64,000 nt of DNA from Antedon mediterranea (lineage: Eukaryota; Animalia; Echinodermata): contig NC_092671.1 in assembly GCF_964355755.1 (NCBI RefSeq), forward strand, positions 25,556,070-25,620,069, written 5' to 3'. Below, piece after piece: positions 49,115 through 63,731 of the stretch. Position 1 is the stretch's first letter. Each line of letters starts with the position of its first letter. The translations under genes and the position numbers were made by a program. The notes below the pieces were generated by a model that did not search any database, was not told the origin of the DNA, and saw only the letters and a list, made by a program, of their open reading frames with translations.

Positions 49115-52100
49115 GTGTTATTTAATAGTAAATTAATACAAGATTGTTAAATATTTTAGTGTTACTATATGACTGAGCATAGTCCCAGGGGATCTGGTAT
49201 GACATTTGGCGAAAATTAGGGGGGTGGGATTATAGTCGAGCATGGGATTATAATCGGTCAGATATAGTATTATTATGTTTTAGTTCAATTTAATATATCT
49301 TAAGACATCAACTGTTTAATCTTGGAAAACTGTATATAATTTTTAGAAAAAAATGTGTTTTTTCCAGTAGTTTTCATGTTGTTTATTGAATTTTTCACAG
49401 TTTTCTCTTTGGAAAAATGAAATAAGGATTTTTACTGTTTCCCCATATATATATATCATTGTCATTGTGGGTGAGGGCATGGTGTGAGGTACAGTAGGGG
49501 ATAATGATCCAGTAGATTACAATATGCTGAATACAATGTTTTTAAAAAGTCAAATACTAAAATTATCGATTTTAAGTAGTGTGAACGACAGTGAAACAAA
49601 TACTGAATATAATCTTTAAATGAAAATGTAATCCTATGTTAATACCATTGGATTAACCTACAAAGGCACAGCTAATGGCTAAGTGACAACAACCTCACAT
49701 TCGAGTAAAGTTAGTATCGTTTAGATGTGGGAATGACCAGAAACTGTGCAGACTAAAAGTCCATGGATATGTACTAATTGTGAAGAGGAAGAGAGTTAGT
49801 CTTTGTTTACTTTGGGTAATTACTGTATAATTTGAATTAATTATTTGATCATTAACAAAAACAAATATAAGAGAGACTATTGACATTGGAATATGGTAGA
49901 ATGCTGGAAACTGGCCTCCTAACATACAGTATTTTCATTTCCTTTTGTCAACTTGTCTGCTTTTTTTCTGTGGAAGTGATTAACTTGATTAAAACTGCAA
50001 AATGGCCTATTCAAAGTCTTTTTTTTTTTATTAATTTTCATTTTGTAATTTAGTATTTTCAAATGTTTATTAGACATTTAATGTTGCCGAATAATGTTGA
50101 TCAAATTACAAACGGAGTGTCTTATCCATTTTCATCATCATATTTCATCTTCATATTTCATAATTTGAGAAACTTCCTAATTCATAGCATTCTCTTGTTT
50201 CTGACAAAAATCTCAATAAATTAGCAGAATAACGTGATTCACAAAACTTGCAAATTTTAGTTCATCTAGTTCATACACTGAAATCTAAAATATATAAATA
50301 TAAAATTGCAAAAAAGAATTGAAAAATTGTAGATACAATCATTGTATTATTCTTTACAGGTTACGGATTATTTAGTGCCTAAAATATGGAACGAACCACC
50401 TCAATCACTAAAACTACTGTATAGATTCAAATTATATATTTTACACAGTATACATTAAGAAATATAGACAATTAAACAAATCGTAAACACATGGGCAGGT
50501 TACTCGGCTGTGGATTGGACAGATGCATTACTGTCAGTCTGGAAACCAATAGGAGAATGAAAAGGACATCAAGACTTCTGGATGCAAAATGTTAAGGACT
50601 GACAATGTTTGACTATAAAGAGACAATTTTCCTTACTGTATCAAGGCAATGCTATGATAGAGTACATGTGTCACATAGGAAACATGGTTACGGTTAGGGT
50701 AAATACTAAATCCTATTCACAATAATCTCTTTTTCCACGACGCTAGATTCAGAACATTCAAGTTAATACTTCCTAATAAGTTAAATTTCTTTCATTTTTC
50801 TTAAATTTAGTTTGTTATAAGATAATATATTTTTTTCTCTTTGTATTGTAAATGTGAGAAAGCATCGTCTCAACGTATGCAGCTGATTTAAAAGATAAAG
50901 TTTTCAGTTTACAGAATCTTTCGTCAACTTCAGATACTCAACAACAACAGCAAAGCCAAGATATATTTAAAGTCTTTATAATTTAAAATAACACATTTAG
51001 AGAAAGAATAGTGAATCTTACCTGTTTCAGCTGTCAGTATTCAAGTAAACCACACTACATCACTATGGTAACCAGACTTGGTATGAAAATGGATTTAGCC
51101 ACACTTATCTACTTTCTGGTAGCTAAACAATATAAAAAATACATCTACATAAAATTAATTGATTTCATACAACAATACCATTCTTTTAATATAGTAGAAC
51201 ACTTTCGAAATAAAACAAAGTGTCCATTTAATAGGTGTGTCCCCTGAATACAGTAGGTGTTGGCTGCAATGTCAATGCATATATTTCCCCTTTGATATGT
51301 ATGTCCCCTGAATAGAAGTATCCCAAATGAGCACTCATAAGGGCCCTCCAACGTTTGGTAGTTGCATTGGGGCTGTTTATGCTCTGGGGCTCTTTAGTCC
51401 GATTATTATCAATAATCAGGGCCATAGCCACCAGATGTAAGGTTTCAACCTGACCACTTTTCACAGAGGCCTTTAACAACCCTGGGGCTAGCACACATAT
51501 TGTTTCTCTTTTCTTGCGACCACCTTGCCACTTTATTTCTCATGGCTACAGCACTAATAATATGTAATTATTATTACATATTATTGATAGTTTATAATTT
51601 TGTACACTTTGATTTGTAATCCTACTTTGTTCCAACTGTAATACTTTTCAAGAAATTATAAATTTTTCATACACCTTTTCAAAGAGATACAATAATAAGG
51701 TTTTATAATTATTACATGTCATATATCAAAATGATCTAATGTAAAAATAATATGTTAATAAAAAGGGGTTAGAACTCGATATTATATTATACAATATTTT
51801 GTTACATGTTTATGTATTGTCATGATGTATTTTTGTGAGGGTCCCTAATGATCAGCTGTGGCTGGATGGACCACCCTCGTAAAATATGTTAAAATAAAAA
51901 AAAAATAAAAATATGGGGGAACCTTCAGCAGCCAACAAAGTGTCCTTCTTAATAAGGGTGTCTAATGAATAATGGCCAAGCCCTATTCAACTGAAAACAA
52001 TTCATTATTTATTGTTTTATTTTATAAAAAAATGTAGTGGGTCAACTTATACCTACAATGACCACTTGAACGTTTATATCCCACTAAAGACTGGAGGCAG

Positions 52101-52854
52101 TGTGGTTAAAAGATTAATTTAATTTGTCATAATAATATAATAACTTTATTGACAAACACTTTTGTATCAGCAGCAACACACTCAATAGTGGTGCAGTCAA
52201 CTTAAATTACATACAAATTTACACAATTTTAAATATTTACATAATAAAATATAAAAATTATATTTACGCTAGTGAATAATGTATTTAAAAAAAAATCATT
52301 AAATTCTATAACATGAATTATATAGAATTATTTAAGAAAATGTTGTTGCATTTAAATTGTAGTTATAGCATCATATACAGTAATAATAAAAGAGAAATGA
52401 ATTATTGAATTATGTATTATACAACTAATTATACATACCAGAGAAGGAGGAAGTGGCGTCCGTTGAACTTATTGAATGATATTGTCTAAAGAAAAGGAAA
52501 CAACTAGATCAATTATTATACGATGACCCTGTGACCTCATCAACAATTCATTAGATTTCTTCAAACATAAAAAATATCTAATTCAAAAATAAAGCTACGA
52601 ATATTAAACATCGAAATGTAATTGCGTGGTTACTTTGAAGGGATAATTACATACAGTGTACGTGGGCATATGATCATATCAATGATTAACTAAAACATTG
52701 CAACATCAAAAAAACGATTTTCATGGATGATACTATCTAAAGTTCTGCTTGTCTGAATGAATATTTTCAATGACATTTAAAAGTATTTAAAGCAAATCAG
52801 ATCAATGCATGCGAAAAAAAAATGTGAAATCAGATTCAAGAATGTTTTCATTTA

Positions 52855-53090
52855 ATATTTAAATGTCTGAATATTTAAATATGCAAATGTATGAATATTT
52901 AAATATACAAATGTCTGAATATTCAAATATGCAAATTAGTGTTAAACAAGAAAGTACTGATTAATGCCAAATATGCAAATGTCTAAATACAAAATGGGCA
53001 ATGTGAATACTTATGCAAATGTCCAGTCTGATAGGCAAATGTCCGACTAATGTGAATATTCAAATGTTCAACATGAATATGCAAATGAAA
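52855..53090. repeat. Degenerate ~24-bp tandem repeat carrying five ATGCAAAT octamers
   Basis: ATGCAAAT at 52881, 52929, 52973, 53013 and 53079. Confidence 0.65.
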
Positions 53091-55609
53091 TACTTGTTTT
53101 AAGCAATCAATAAACACCAAACAATACAACTTTGGAGTACACCTTCAGGAAACGACAATTTGTGCCTCTAATAATGGTGTCCCTCTAATAATGGTGTCCC
53201 CTGAATACGGGATATAGTCCTGGTAAAACAAGCACCTCATTTGTTTCACTGGAAAATGTCTACTTAAGGATTTTGCTGACAACTACACTATATCGACTTA
53301 CTACTAAAAAAAAACAGAGAAAAACCTAAGTTTAAATGTTAACATACTAAAAAAAAAGAAAAATGTTATACCTACTGTAATCTAGGTATGGCATAATTCA
53401 CTCTAGGCAAATCCTGTAATACAGAATTGTACATACATAAAAACAGTATGGTCATGTATAGTTCCAACATTGGGTAAACCATAAATAAATATTTGACTTT
53501 ACTTTTCTCCCATGTGTAAACAGTCATATGACATTGTTTACAATTATGGAAATAGAACTAATAGGCCTAATGAATATTAAATAGATTACCAATATTTAGC
53601 AGGTATGTAACACACAGTTCCTGATCCTCAATATAGGAATACTTTCCACAGTTGAGTAAACTAAAATGAAACTAATAAAAAGATTGTTATAAAATACCAC
53701 ATACTTCTTCATGCAGTCAATTGTAAACAATATATAAAAGATTTAAAAGAAAAAGGCTTAGTTGTGAGGGTGTGTAGAACGAAATATACAAGGTTGAACA
53801 TTCTGTGGAGTATCTTTTGTAACTGGTTAATCCCCTATCCCACTACACTTCTTCATTGTTTTGATGGGACCTATTCATAAATAACATTCCATAAACTGAA
53901 ATGATTAAACACACTTGATTGGTTTATTTCATATCACATGATGTCCATTAGTTTTTTCCTATTTCAATTATAATATATTGCACTCTCATCTTTTTGTAAA
54001 CAAAATCGTGAAGTCTGTATATTGTGCAAAAGGAACCCACCTGTAGGTTGCAGTGATGGTCCTGTGGTTGTGTAGAGTGTTCTTCTTCCATGGCTAATTC
54101 TGCTCCCACAGCAGAGGAGGGCTAAATGTTGGCCTCCATTCCACAAATGGAAGCAGCTGATTAATCAAAGGTTGACTCTATACACCTACAGTATGGATCA
54201 AATTCAAATTGCAGTAGGGGACAGCTTTTAACTCCTGCTTATGCACCAAAGCATGTATAAACCGAATGTCAAAGAAAAATCTGGTCAATAATATTTGCTG
54301 TAGCCTGTAAAGACTCAGATATTGCTGGGACCCATTTCTCACAGGAAAACTGTACTACTATTGCAATTTTACATCTGTCTGAAGTGTTTTTGGCACAGTG
54401 AAGACATTTCTATGTGAAGAGCTAATTTTGATTTTTTTGTACTCTGTAGCAATTTAATTAATTAAAAAAAATATTCTATCAGTTACATTTCAGATAATAA
54501 TAAATGAAGTTTAAGTCAGTAAATAATTGAAAAAAGCCGTTCAATTGTATCAGTGCAGCTCGAAAACTTGACTGCCGCGATGCTTATTTATTTGAGTTCT
54601 CTGTCTAAGTTCAATTGGAATAAGTAACAAGTATTTTGATTTGAATTGCGACTGCTGCTAATAAGGAATGCTCTGAACCAAACAGATATACAGCTAAATT
54701 GTTTAATAATTGTTTATTATTTATTTACATAAATTCTAGAATGGAATTAAAAGGAGGAGCTTCTTTTTTCAATAGTGGTGTTATATTGTTTTAAGTATAT
54801 CCTGTTTGCTTTGGGTGTGGTGTTGGGAAACAAATAGTACTGTAACAATAAGTTGATTGTTTTAATGCTTGGTGCATTAGTAACATCAACAACACACTTC
54901 GAGAGGTCGATATCCTTTGCATTAGTAAACAAAAATGTAGAAAATGAAACCATTGTAGGGTGGAAGACTCAAGATGAAACAATGGCTAACAGTAGATTGG
55001 CATTTGAGAAGAACTGAGCTCAGGAATCACCCTAGGCTTCTTTTAAATAAGAAAGAATACACTGTTGCAGTGGTGTAAACACAGAGGCCCTCCAACATTG
55101 GATGCCTCAGGCATTTTTAGCCTTTTCCAAGGGCCCCTGGATTTAGCGGTCATAGTTGCTACGCTACTGCGCTTTTATCATTAATATAGCGAATGCCTTG
55201 GTTTACTCAACTGATTACCTTGTAAATAGCATAAGCCGCACCAGACATACACCATGTGTCAACATACTGTAGCCTAATAGTATAGTTTATCATTTATAAA
55301 ATAAGAGAAACCATAAATTACATGTTTAACTTCCTCTCTTATTCTTTACTTACAACAATTATTCTCATAATTATGCTTATATTGGCTTAACAATTAGTAT
55401 TGCTTGCGTATAATTATTGTTAGTCAGTGATATATAACTACACAATCATTTCACTCTGCAGGAAATTTAAATTACTTGGTTCACTTGATTATTATACTAT
55501 AATTATTATATTGCAATATCATAAAAATTTAAATATATATGACATTGGCTTTTAATAACAATTTCTTAATTACCATGAATATAACTATAACATCATTTCC
55601 CTCCGCAGG

Positions 55610-57883
55610 CAGACGCACTGTATACTATATTATATAGACGCACTGTATACTATATTATATAGACGCACTGTATACTATATTATACAGACGCACTGTATAC
55701 TATATTATACAGACGCACTGTATACTATATTATACAGACGCACTGTATACTATATTATACAGACGCACTGTATACTATATTATACAGATGCACTGTATAC
55801 TATATTATACAGACGCACTGTATACTATATTATACAGACGCACTGTATACTATATTATACAGACGCACTGTATACTATATTATACAGACGCACTGTATAA
55901 TATATTATACAGACGCACTGTATAATATATTATACAGACGCACTGTATACTATATTATACAGACGCACTGTATACTATATTATACAGACGCACTGTATAC
56001 TATATTATATAGACGCACTGTATACTATATTATATAGACGCACTGTATAATATATTATACAGACGCACTGTATACTATATAATACAGACGCACTGTATAC
56101 TATATTATACAGACGCACTGTATACTATATTATACAGACGCACTGTATACTATATTATACAGACGCACTGTATACTATATTATACAGACGCACTGTATAC
56201 TATATTATACAGACGCACTGTATACTATATTATACAGACGCACTGTATACTATATTATACAGACGCACTGTATACTATATTATACAGACGCACTGTATAC
56301 TATATTATACAGACGCACTGTATACTATATTATACAGACGCACTGTATAATATATTATACAGACGCACTGTATAATATATTATACAGACGCACTGTATAC
56401 TATATTATACAGACGCACTGTATACTATATTATACAGACGCACTGTATACTATATTATACAGACGCACTGTATAATATATTATACAGACGCACTGTATAA
56501 TATATTATACAGACGCACCGTATACTATATTATACAGACGCACCGTATACTATATTATACAGACGCACTGTATACTATATTATACAGACACACTGTATAC
56601 TATATTATACAGACGCACTGTATACTATATTATACAGACGCACTGTATAATATATTATACAGACGCACTGTATACTATATTATACAGACGCACTGTATAC
56701 TATATTATACAGACGCACTGTATACTATATTATACAGACGCACTGTATAATATATTATACAGACGCACTGTATACTATATTATACAGACGCACTGTATAC
56801 TATATTATACAGACGCACTGTATAATATATTATACAGACGCACTGTATACTATATTATACAGACGCACTGTATACTATATTATACAGACGCACCGTATAC
56901 TATATTATACAGACGCACCGTATACTATATTATACAGACGCACTGTATACTATATTATACAGACGCACTGTATACTATATTATACAGACGCACTGTATAC
57001 TATATTATACAGACGCACTGTATACTATATTATACAGACGCACTGTATACTATATTATACAGACGCACTGTATACTATATTATACAGATACAGTGTATAC
57101 TATATTATACAGACGCACTGTATACTATATTATACAGACGCACTGTATACTATATTATACAGACGCACAGTATACTATATTATACAGACGCACTGTATAC
57201 TATATTATACAGACGCACAGTATACTATATTATACAGACGCACTGTATACTATATTATACAGACGCACTGTATACTATATTATACAGACACACCGTATAC
57301 TATATTACACAGACGCACCGTATACTATATTATACAGATGCACCGTATACTATATTATACAGACGCACTGTATAATATATTATACAGACGCACTGTATAC
57401 TATATTATACAGACGCACTGTATAATATATTATACAGACGCACTGTATACTATATTATACAGACGCACTGTATAATATATTATACAGACGCACTGTATAC
57501 TATATTATACAGACGCACTGTATAATATATTATACAGACGCACTGTATAATATATTATACAGACGCACTGTATACTATATTATACAGACGCACTGTATAC
57601 TATATTATACAGACGCACTGTATAATATATTATACAGACGCACTGTATAATATATTATACAGACGCACTGTATACTATATTATACAGACGCACTGTATAA
57701 TATATTATACAGACGCACTGTATAATATATTATACAGACGCACTGTATACTATATTATACAGACGCACTGTATACTATATTATACAGACGCACTGTATAA
57801 TATATTATACAGACGCACTGTATAATATATTATACAGACGCACTGTATACTATATTATACAGACGCACTGTATACTATATTAT
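55610..57883. repeat. 25-bp satellite (CAGACGCACTGTATACTATATTATA) x ~91
   Basis: 2274 bp / 25; the register is kept without indels; only a few recurring substitutions. Confidence 0.97.
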
Positions 57884-60800
57884 TAAATCACCTCATTATT
57901 CCACAGTATACCCTAATTAATTTATATTGCAATATTGTAGTAAATTATACCGTAATAATAATTGTTTATTCTTGGCTTATCAAAATTACTTGCCATGAAT
58001 AAACCTATACACAATAACTCCACAGGCAGACTGTATACTATGCAAATAATGAATGTTTATGAGTGCAATGGTACAAATAATTTTGTGAGGTGAAATATAA
58101 AGCCTGAGTGAAAGAAGAATTTTTTTATCAAATGAAATTATTTCTACATTCATTGTTTGTTTTATATAACATTTAAGTCATTGTCATTGTTCTGATCTTG
58201 TTGTGAATGAGATCGCATAGCATGCTTTGCTGTTTACATCAGCAGACAATGTGCTCTTTGATTTTACACAGATTTTGTTTTCGTAAAAAGTACTATTACA
58301 CGATCATTACAAAGTACATACTATTTGCACACCAAGTGACTGTCATAATATTATGTTTCTGTTTTCCTGTAGTTAGATAAAGGATGTTTCAGACTAGGTG
58401 TGCTTAATTTATGAGCCAATCAGAATAGTATAAATTTGGTGGGAAACTTTTGGAGGCAACATTTGATCCTCCTCAGAAGCCCCTAATTTGCATATCAAGT
58501 ATAAGTAGTAAATGTTATAGATATCAAAGAAGAAGAGAAAATAAGAGTATCAGAGTAGAAAGACGTATAGAGAATAGAGAAGAGAGGTCTATGACAAGAA
58601 TTGATTTAGGACCGTTCATTATTGTACAGTATACCATAATATTAATTTATTACAATATCATAGTTATTCCTTTCCATGAATATACTGAAACTAGAACATT
58701 TATCTATTACAAATTTCACTCCACAGGATGTATACTATAATTACTTCATAATACTGTAATTATATTACAATAACATAATAATTATGTATGTTATTATTAG
58801 CTTATTATTAACACTTGCTCATCAACAATATATAACTATAACATATTTACACAATCATTTCACTCCCTAGACAGTATACAGTAGAATAATGAGACTATAG
58901 CCCTTTAATTAACCCTGGTAATTAGAAACGTAGACAGTCACACTACATGTATCAACCCACTTACAATAGACTTTCACCCAATTTCCCAAATGATTACGGT
59001 AAATATCATTATAAATAGTAGTATAATGTGCATTAGGTCATAGTGTATAATAAATTATCTACAAACTACAAATGAAAAATACAGAATAATAATAACAATA
59101 ATAATAGGATTTTATAATACAATACATTTGGCAAGTCATATCAGAAAATGGATGAAATATTATACGAAATATTGAATGTTTATGAGTTGAATAGAAAGAA
59201 TAATTTTCATAAATTTAGATTGAATGTTCTATTTAACGAAGAAAACTTAAATAGTCAAAAGGCTAGGTGGGAGGCTTAGGTCATTCAATAGAATAATGAG
59301 ACTATCGCTCAGTTCTGGTGGTGGAACAAGTCTCCTTTTAACATATTAAACTATTTATTTATAATTCTTACCTTTTTACGAAAAATTGTTTTGCACGTTT
59401 CAAAATTTTAATGAAACTACAAATTATGAAAAATACAAATACAATTAATACCAGCCTAAAGTATATTAAACATTTACAATTTAATATTAAGGTGTACAAC
59501 ATAGACATTTTCAAAGGACACCATTGGGACACAACTGTCCCCGATTTCTCCTGAATAGCAGTTGGGACATTTTTGTCCCCTTATTAGTTTCACAAGAAAG
59601 TGTTCTCTGAATACAATAAAAACAATAACTCAACAATGTTTTCTTTTAAACCTTTATTATATATGCTATTAAATTGGGGTTTAACTACAATAAATATGGA
59701 AACGTAAGGAATGATTAATTTTAGTTTACAATAACAATTAAAATGTTGTTTTACAGTATTATATCTTATAAGTTACATACACAACATTTTAATTTCATAA
59801 TAATATTCAACTATTGTATGCATAATTATTTCATTGTAATATTAGTACCAATGCTGCGTCACAATACCATGCGATACTAACCTGCTATAGTGTAAAAATT
59901 CAGTCAAACAGATCCCTTGTCAACTATAATTTTATTTTTTAAGGCTTGAAATTCATGTTAGTAATAATTATTTTATTTAACAAAAGACAGGCTCGCAGAA
60001 TTGCCTGCTCAATGTCACTACCTGCATCTTAACAAGTAATGTTAATGTATTGGCCAATGACCTCATGATAAATTTCAGTAAGGGATCGTTTTAAACATTT
60101 TCATTGATGGTTTGCGATCTATTTTTAAATAGGTTTGCATAAATTTTTGTTCTTTTTAAAAATACTTTTTGATGAAGAAAACAATGTAATAATGTAATCT
60201 GAAAAGCCCCTAAAATAAATGCCCAACAAGGTAATGAATTATATGTAGACAATTTAGTATATCAATTTTACTTATTTGTTACTAAATAGACAAAACCAAA
60301 AAATGTTAAAAATGAATAAATTTATTTTCAGTGCTAATATGATATTAATTCTGCTTTTTGCACTACCTTTTTGTAATACTCAATCAGCTCTCCCACATGT
60401 GGGTAGCCTATTACTGGTAAAATATTATTTCCAATATTTGCAAATAATTTGGAACCTTGAGGGCTGATTTATACATGTAGATTGCAATCCAGATTGGGAG
60501 ATGGATAGCTATAATCACAATCTACCATTTAGTGATTTGACATCCAAATAGCCTTTGATGTCAAATAAGAATTACAAGTAAAATGACGTCAGCAAATTTT
60601 GACTATCTAGAATGCGAATGGGCTTGTAAAGGTTTGTAAACCAGCACTTGAATATTGCGGCAACATATATCACGATAAATTCAATAGTAACGGTTAGTGG
60701 CAATAACCATTAGCCTAGGATTACTACAAATTCTTTGTCAAAGAGTTTCTAGAATTCATGGAGTCTTTTGGAAATGTTGAATTTTGTTTAAAATGCCAAT

Positions 60801-63494
60801 TTCTATACTCAATAATATAAATTAATGGAAGCAACATTTTTTTGGTTTTTCGTACGACAAATGTTATCAAACAAACATGGAATTCTATAATAATTATTCC
60901 TATTTTAGTTATTTATAATAGTACAATCTCATTTTTTCTAAAGGAGGGATATTAATAGGTGGAGGTACAGTGGAAATCAATTAACAACATCAACAATCTA
61001 AATTACCATAACACTGAAAAAGCTCCAAAATAAATGGAAAGTTACCAGTACTCTATATAGATTTGTTAGTTATAATTGCTAATATACAGTTTTTTTTTCT
61101 TAGATATTATAGTATTTACTAATCAGTTATACATGATTAAAAACAAAAATATACAATAGTAGTGCATAACTGTTGTGTATATTTTATAGGTGGCAGCATA
61201 ATATGCACACCTTAAATACACATATATGCAATATAACTGCAAGAGGGCGAACTTGTTGAAAGAATGTAGCGAGCCCAATTAAGATGTGAATCTAATATTC
61301 TACCTTTTGCATTATAACCAAGATGAACAATTTAACATTTATGGAATTTACTATTTTTTATCCAGGACATTATTATTTTAAATAATAAGAAATAGCAAAC
61401 CTCAAGATTAAAAACATTCTTGTGAATGTTTTCTTTAGAAAATATCCCAGGGTGTGTGTTGGTTTAAATCTTTTTAAATCTGCATCTGTAAACTTCCTAA
61501 TTTTGAATCTCTCTTTCAATATTGCATATATTGTGTTCTTTACTATATCATATTATTATTATTAAAAGATATATTTCACAAATACATACAAATTTCTTAC
61601 ATACATATTTATTATTATATATTTTAATACATCACTTTTAAAGGTTAAAATCAAACAATACTATCTACTATTGAAAACCAATTATTGGTATATTATTACA
61701 AAAAAAAATTATTTTGAGGTAAATAATTACTGACAATTTTTCATCTAACTGTTAAGGAGACTTTGTCAGGAATGACAGGAAGATAAAATTGTCAAGGTTC
61801 AATGAAGCACTGAAATGGCCCTTTTAACAGTTTTAATAACAAGACCTGTAACTTACTTTAAGGATGTTTCTACTGGGAAAATAAACATATTGTCAGATTA
61901 ATGGAATTTCAAAAACATGACCATATTAAAATTATACTGCCAATTTGAATATACCAACACGCAATTATAATGTGTAACATTATAATGTTCAATAGTAGTT
62001 TAGCACAAACAGCAGTTCGATCACTTTGAACTTCCGTTATTTTTAACTGCATTGGCCAGTGATGGCATTTCAAAGTGGTCAATTTTAAAAGCGGTTTTTA
62101 CGATTGCAATCGAAGCTTGCTATGCAGGTACTGCCAAATTGAATATCAAAATGCATTATCATTTGGAATATTTGATCACAAATAGCAGTTATAACATCAA
62201 TATCAGTTTAAACTTTTGTTATTTCAAACAGCATTGTGGCCAATGATGATGTAATTCATCGTACTCAAGCCAATTTTTGGTTGCAATTGAAGCACGCTAG
62301 GTTAAAAAATGGCAGTTTAAGTCACTTTTTTAAATTTTAATCAGTAGAAAAACACCTTGGATCTATTTGATATCGCTTTTGAACCTAATTAAAAGCATAA
62401 TTATTGTATATCATATTTATATCTCTCTATATTACTAGATATTATATCATTTATTTCTGTATTTTAACAGTTCATCAACTCTATATCTATTCAGTTACAT
62501 AACAAAATGTTATCTTTTAATTCAAAGCAGAAATGATAAAACTATATGCTCATTCAAATTTAAATTTGTGAAAACTGTGAAATTTGGGGATGTAGAATAA
62601 TATTAATTAGTAGAAAAAATAAATTTAAAATATACTTTAAATGCCTTTCAATTTTACACAAGTTAAAGTAATTTTTTGTCAACAAAGAAAAAACCAAAAG
62701 TAAATTCAAATATTTTAAATAGCACAAACAAAAATGGATTGAGCAGGCAAGCAAACAGAATGTATTTTTACTGAGAAACAATTTTACTTGGTTATAGTTT
62801 GTTTTAATTTTAGCACAATTAGCAATAACCATATGGCATATATACCACCACTATTCATTTACTGTTACTAGGAACGTTCATACAAAAAAAAAATACGCTC
62901 TGAAGTAGCAGTTTGTTTGTTGCAAGCCCTGGGTAGTGCCTGTGAAGATACTCTTTGTATTAAGTTACTTCAACCTAACCCCCAGAGAGTAAATGTGCTA
63001 CTTCCGCATTCACAAGGAATATAATGATATGTGGTAGCAAATGAGCAATGCATACATGTATTAAGCATCGTGTGAATGCTCTTCAGAAGTAACGTGCATA
63101 TATAATTTTTGTTTGACGTAAATTTGACCTCAGACGAAAAGCCGTCTGAACGTAACTATTTTGGATAAAGTAAAAGTAAATAAGTGATTGAATGTATTCT
63201 TCTTCAACTTGTCATCGTATGAAGGAGAAATGGAAAACCAAAGCTCATCATAAACGAAAGTAAAATATTTGTATTTCTAAATCAAAACAACAATATTGCT
63301 TTTCAATATCTTTTGATCGTCACACAAATATGTAACTAAATCTAATATATGCATCAATATGAGGCAGGTGACAATGAGTGGAAGGATATTTGTATCATTT
63401 TTGTCATTTTCACAAAATAATGCCATGGGTTTTTATAACATTTGATATCATACAAGTAATATGGAATATACCATTATAGCACCCTCTATCTGCT

Positions 63495-63731
63495 TCATGC
63501 ATCAGTTTCTGTGTAGTCTTGTTTCACCAGAACAGCATTATCAGGAACATACTCCTCTAAATTCCTGGTGAATATCTCTGTATAGTGATAGAGAAGAGTC
63601 GTTGTGAACACATTTATGGAAGTCAAGGAAACCAGTGATGTTGTTTCTTCATCAGACCAGACAAGATTCGGACCAAAGACCACTCCAATATTAGGTTGTG
63701 ACATCTTGTTTACTTCACAATTGTTCGATAC
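63495..63731 (-). CDS. ARHGAP1: Last coding exon of a second ARHGAP1/8-family RhoGAP paralog (copy B); the rest lies beyond the right edge
   Basis: ttttag|GTA; VSNNCEVNKMSQPNIGVVFGPNLVWS…INVFTTTLLYHYTEIF…*; same acceptor position and phase as 22614..22841. Confidence 0.88.
   Translation of the reverse strand, partial: VSNNCEVNKMSQPNIGVVFGPNLVWSDEETTSLVSLTSINVFTTTLLYHYTEIFTRNLEEYVPDNAVLVKQDYTETDA

Noticed and set aside
57093-57425. 110-aa repetitive ORF
   Set aside because: A by-product of a stop-free satellite monomer; neighbouring variant units introduce stops at random.
55610-57883. CRISPR-like array
   Set aside because: Head-to-tail 25-mers with no unique spacers, no cas genes and a eukaryotic context: this is a satellite.
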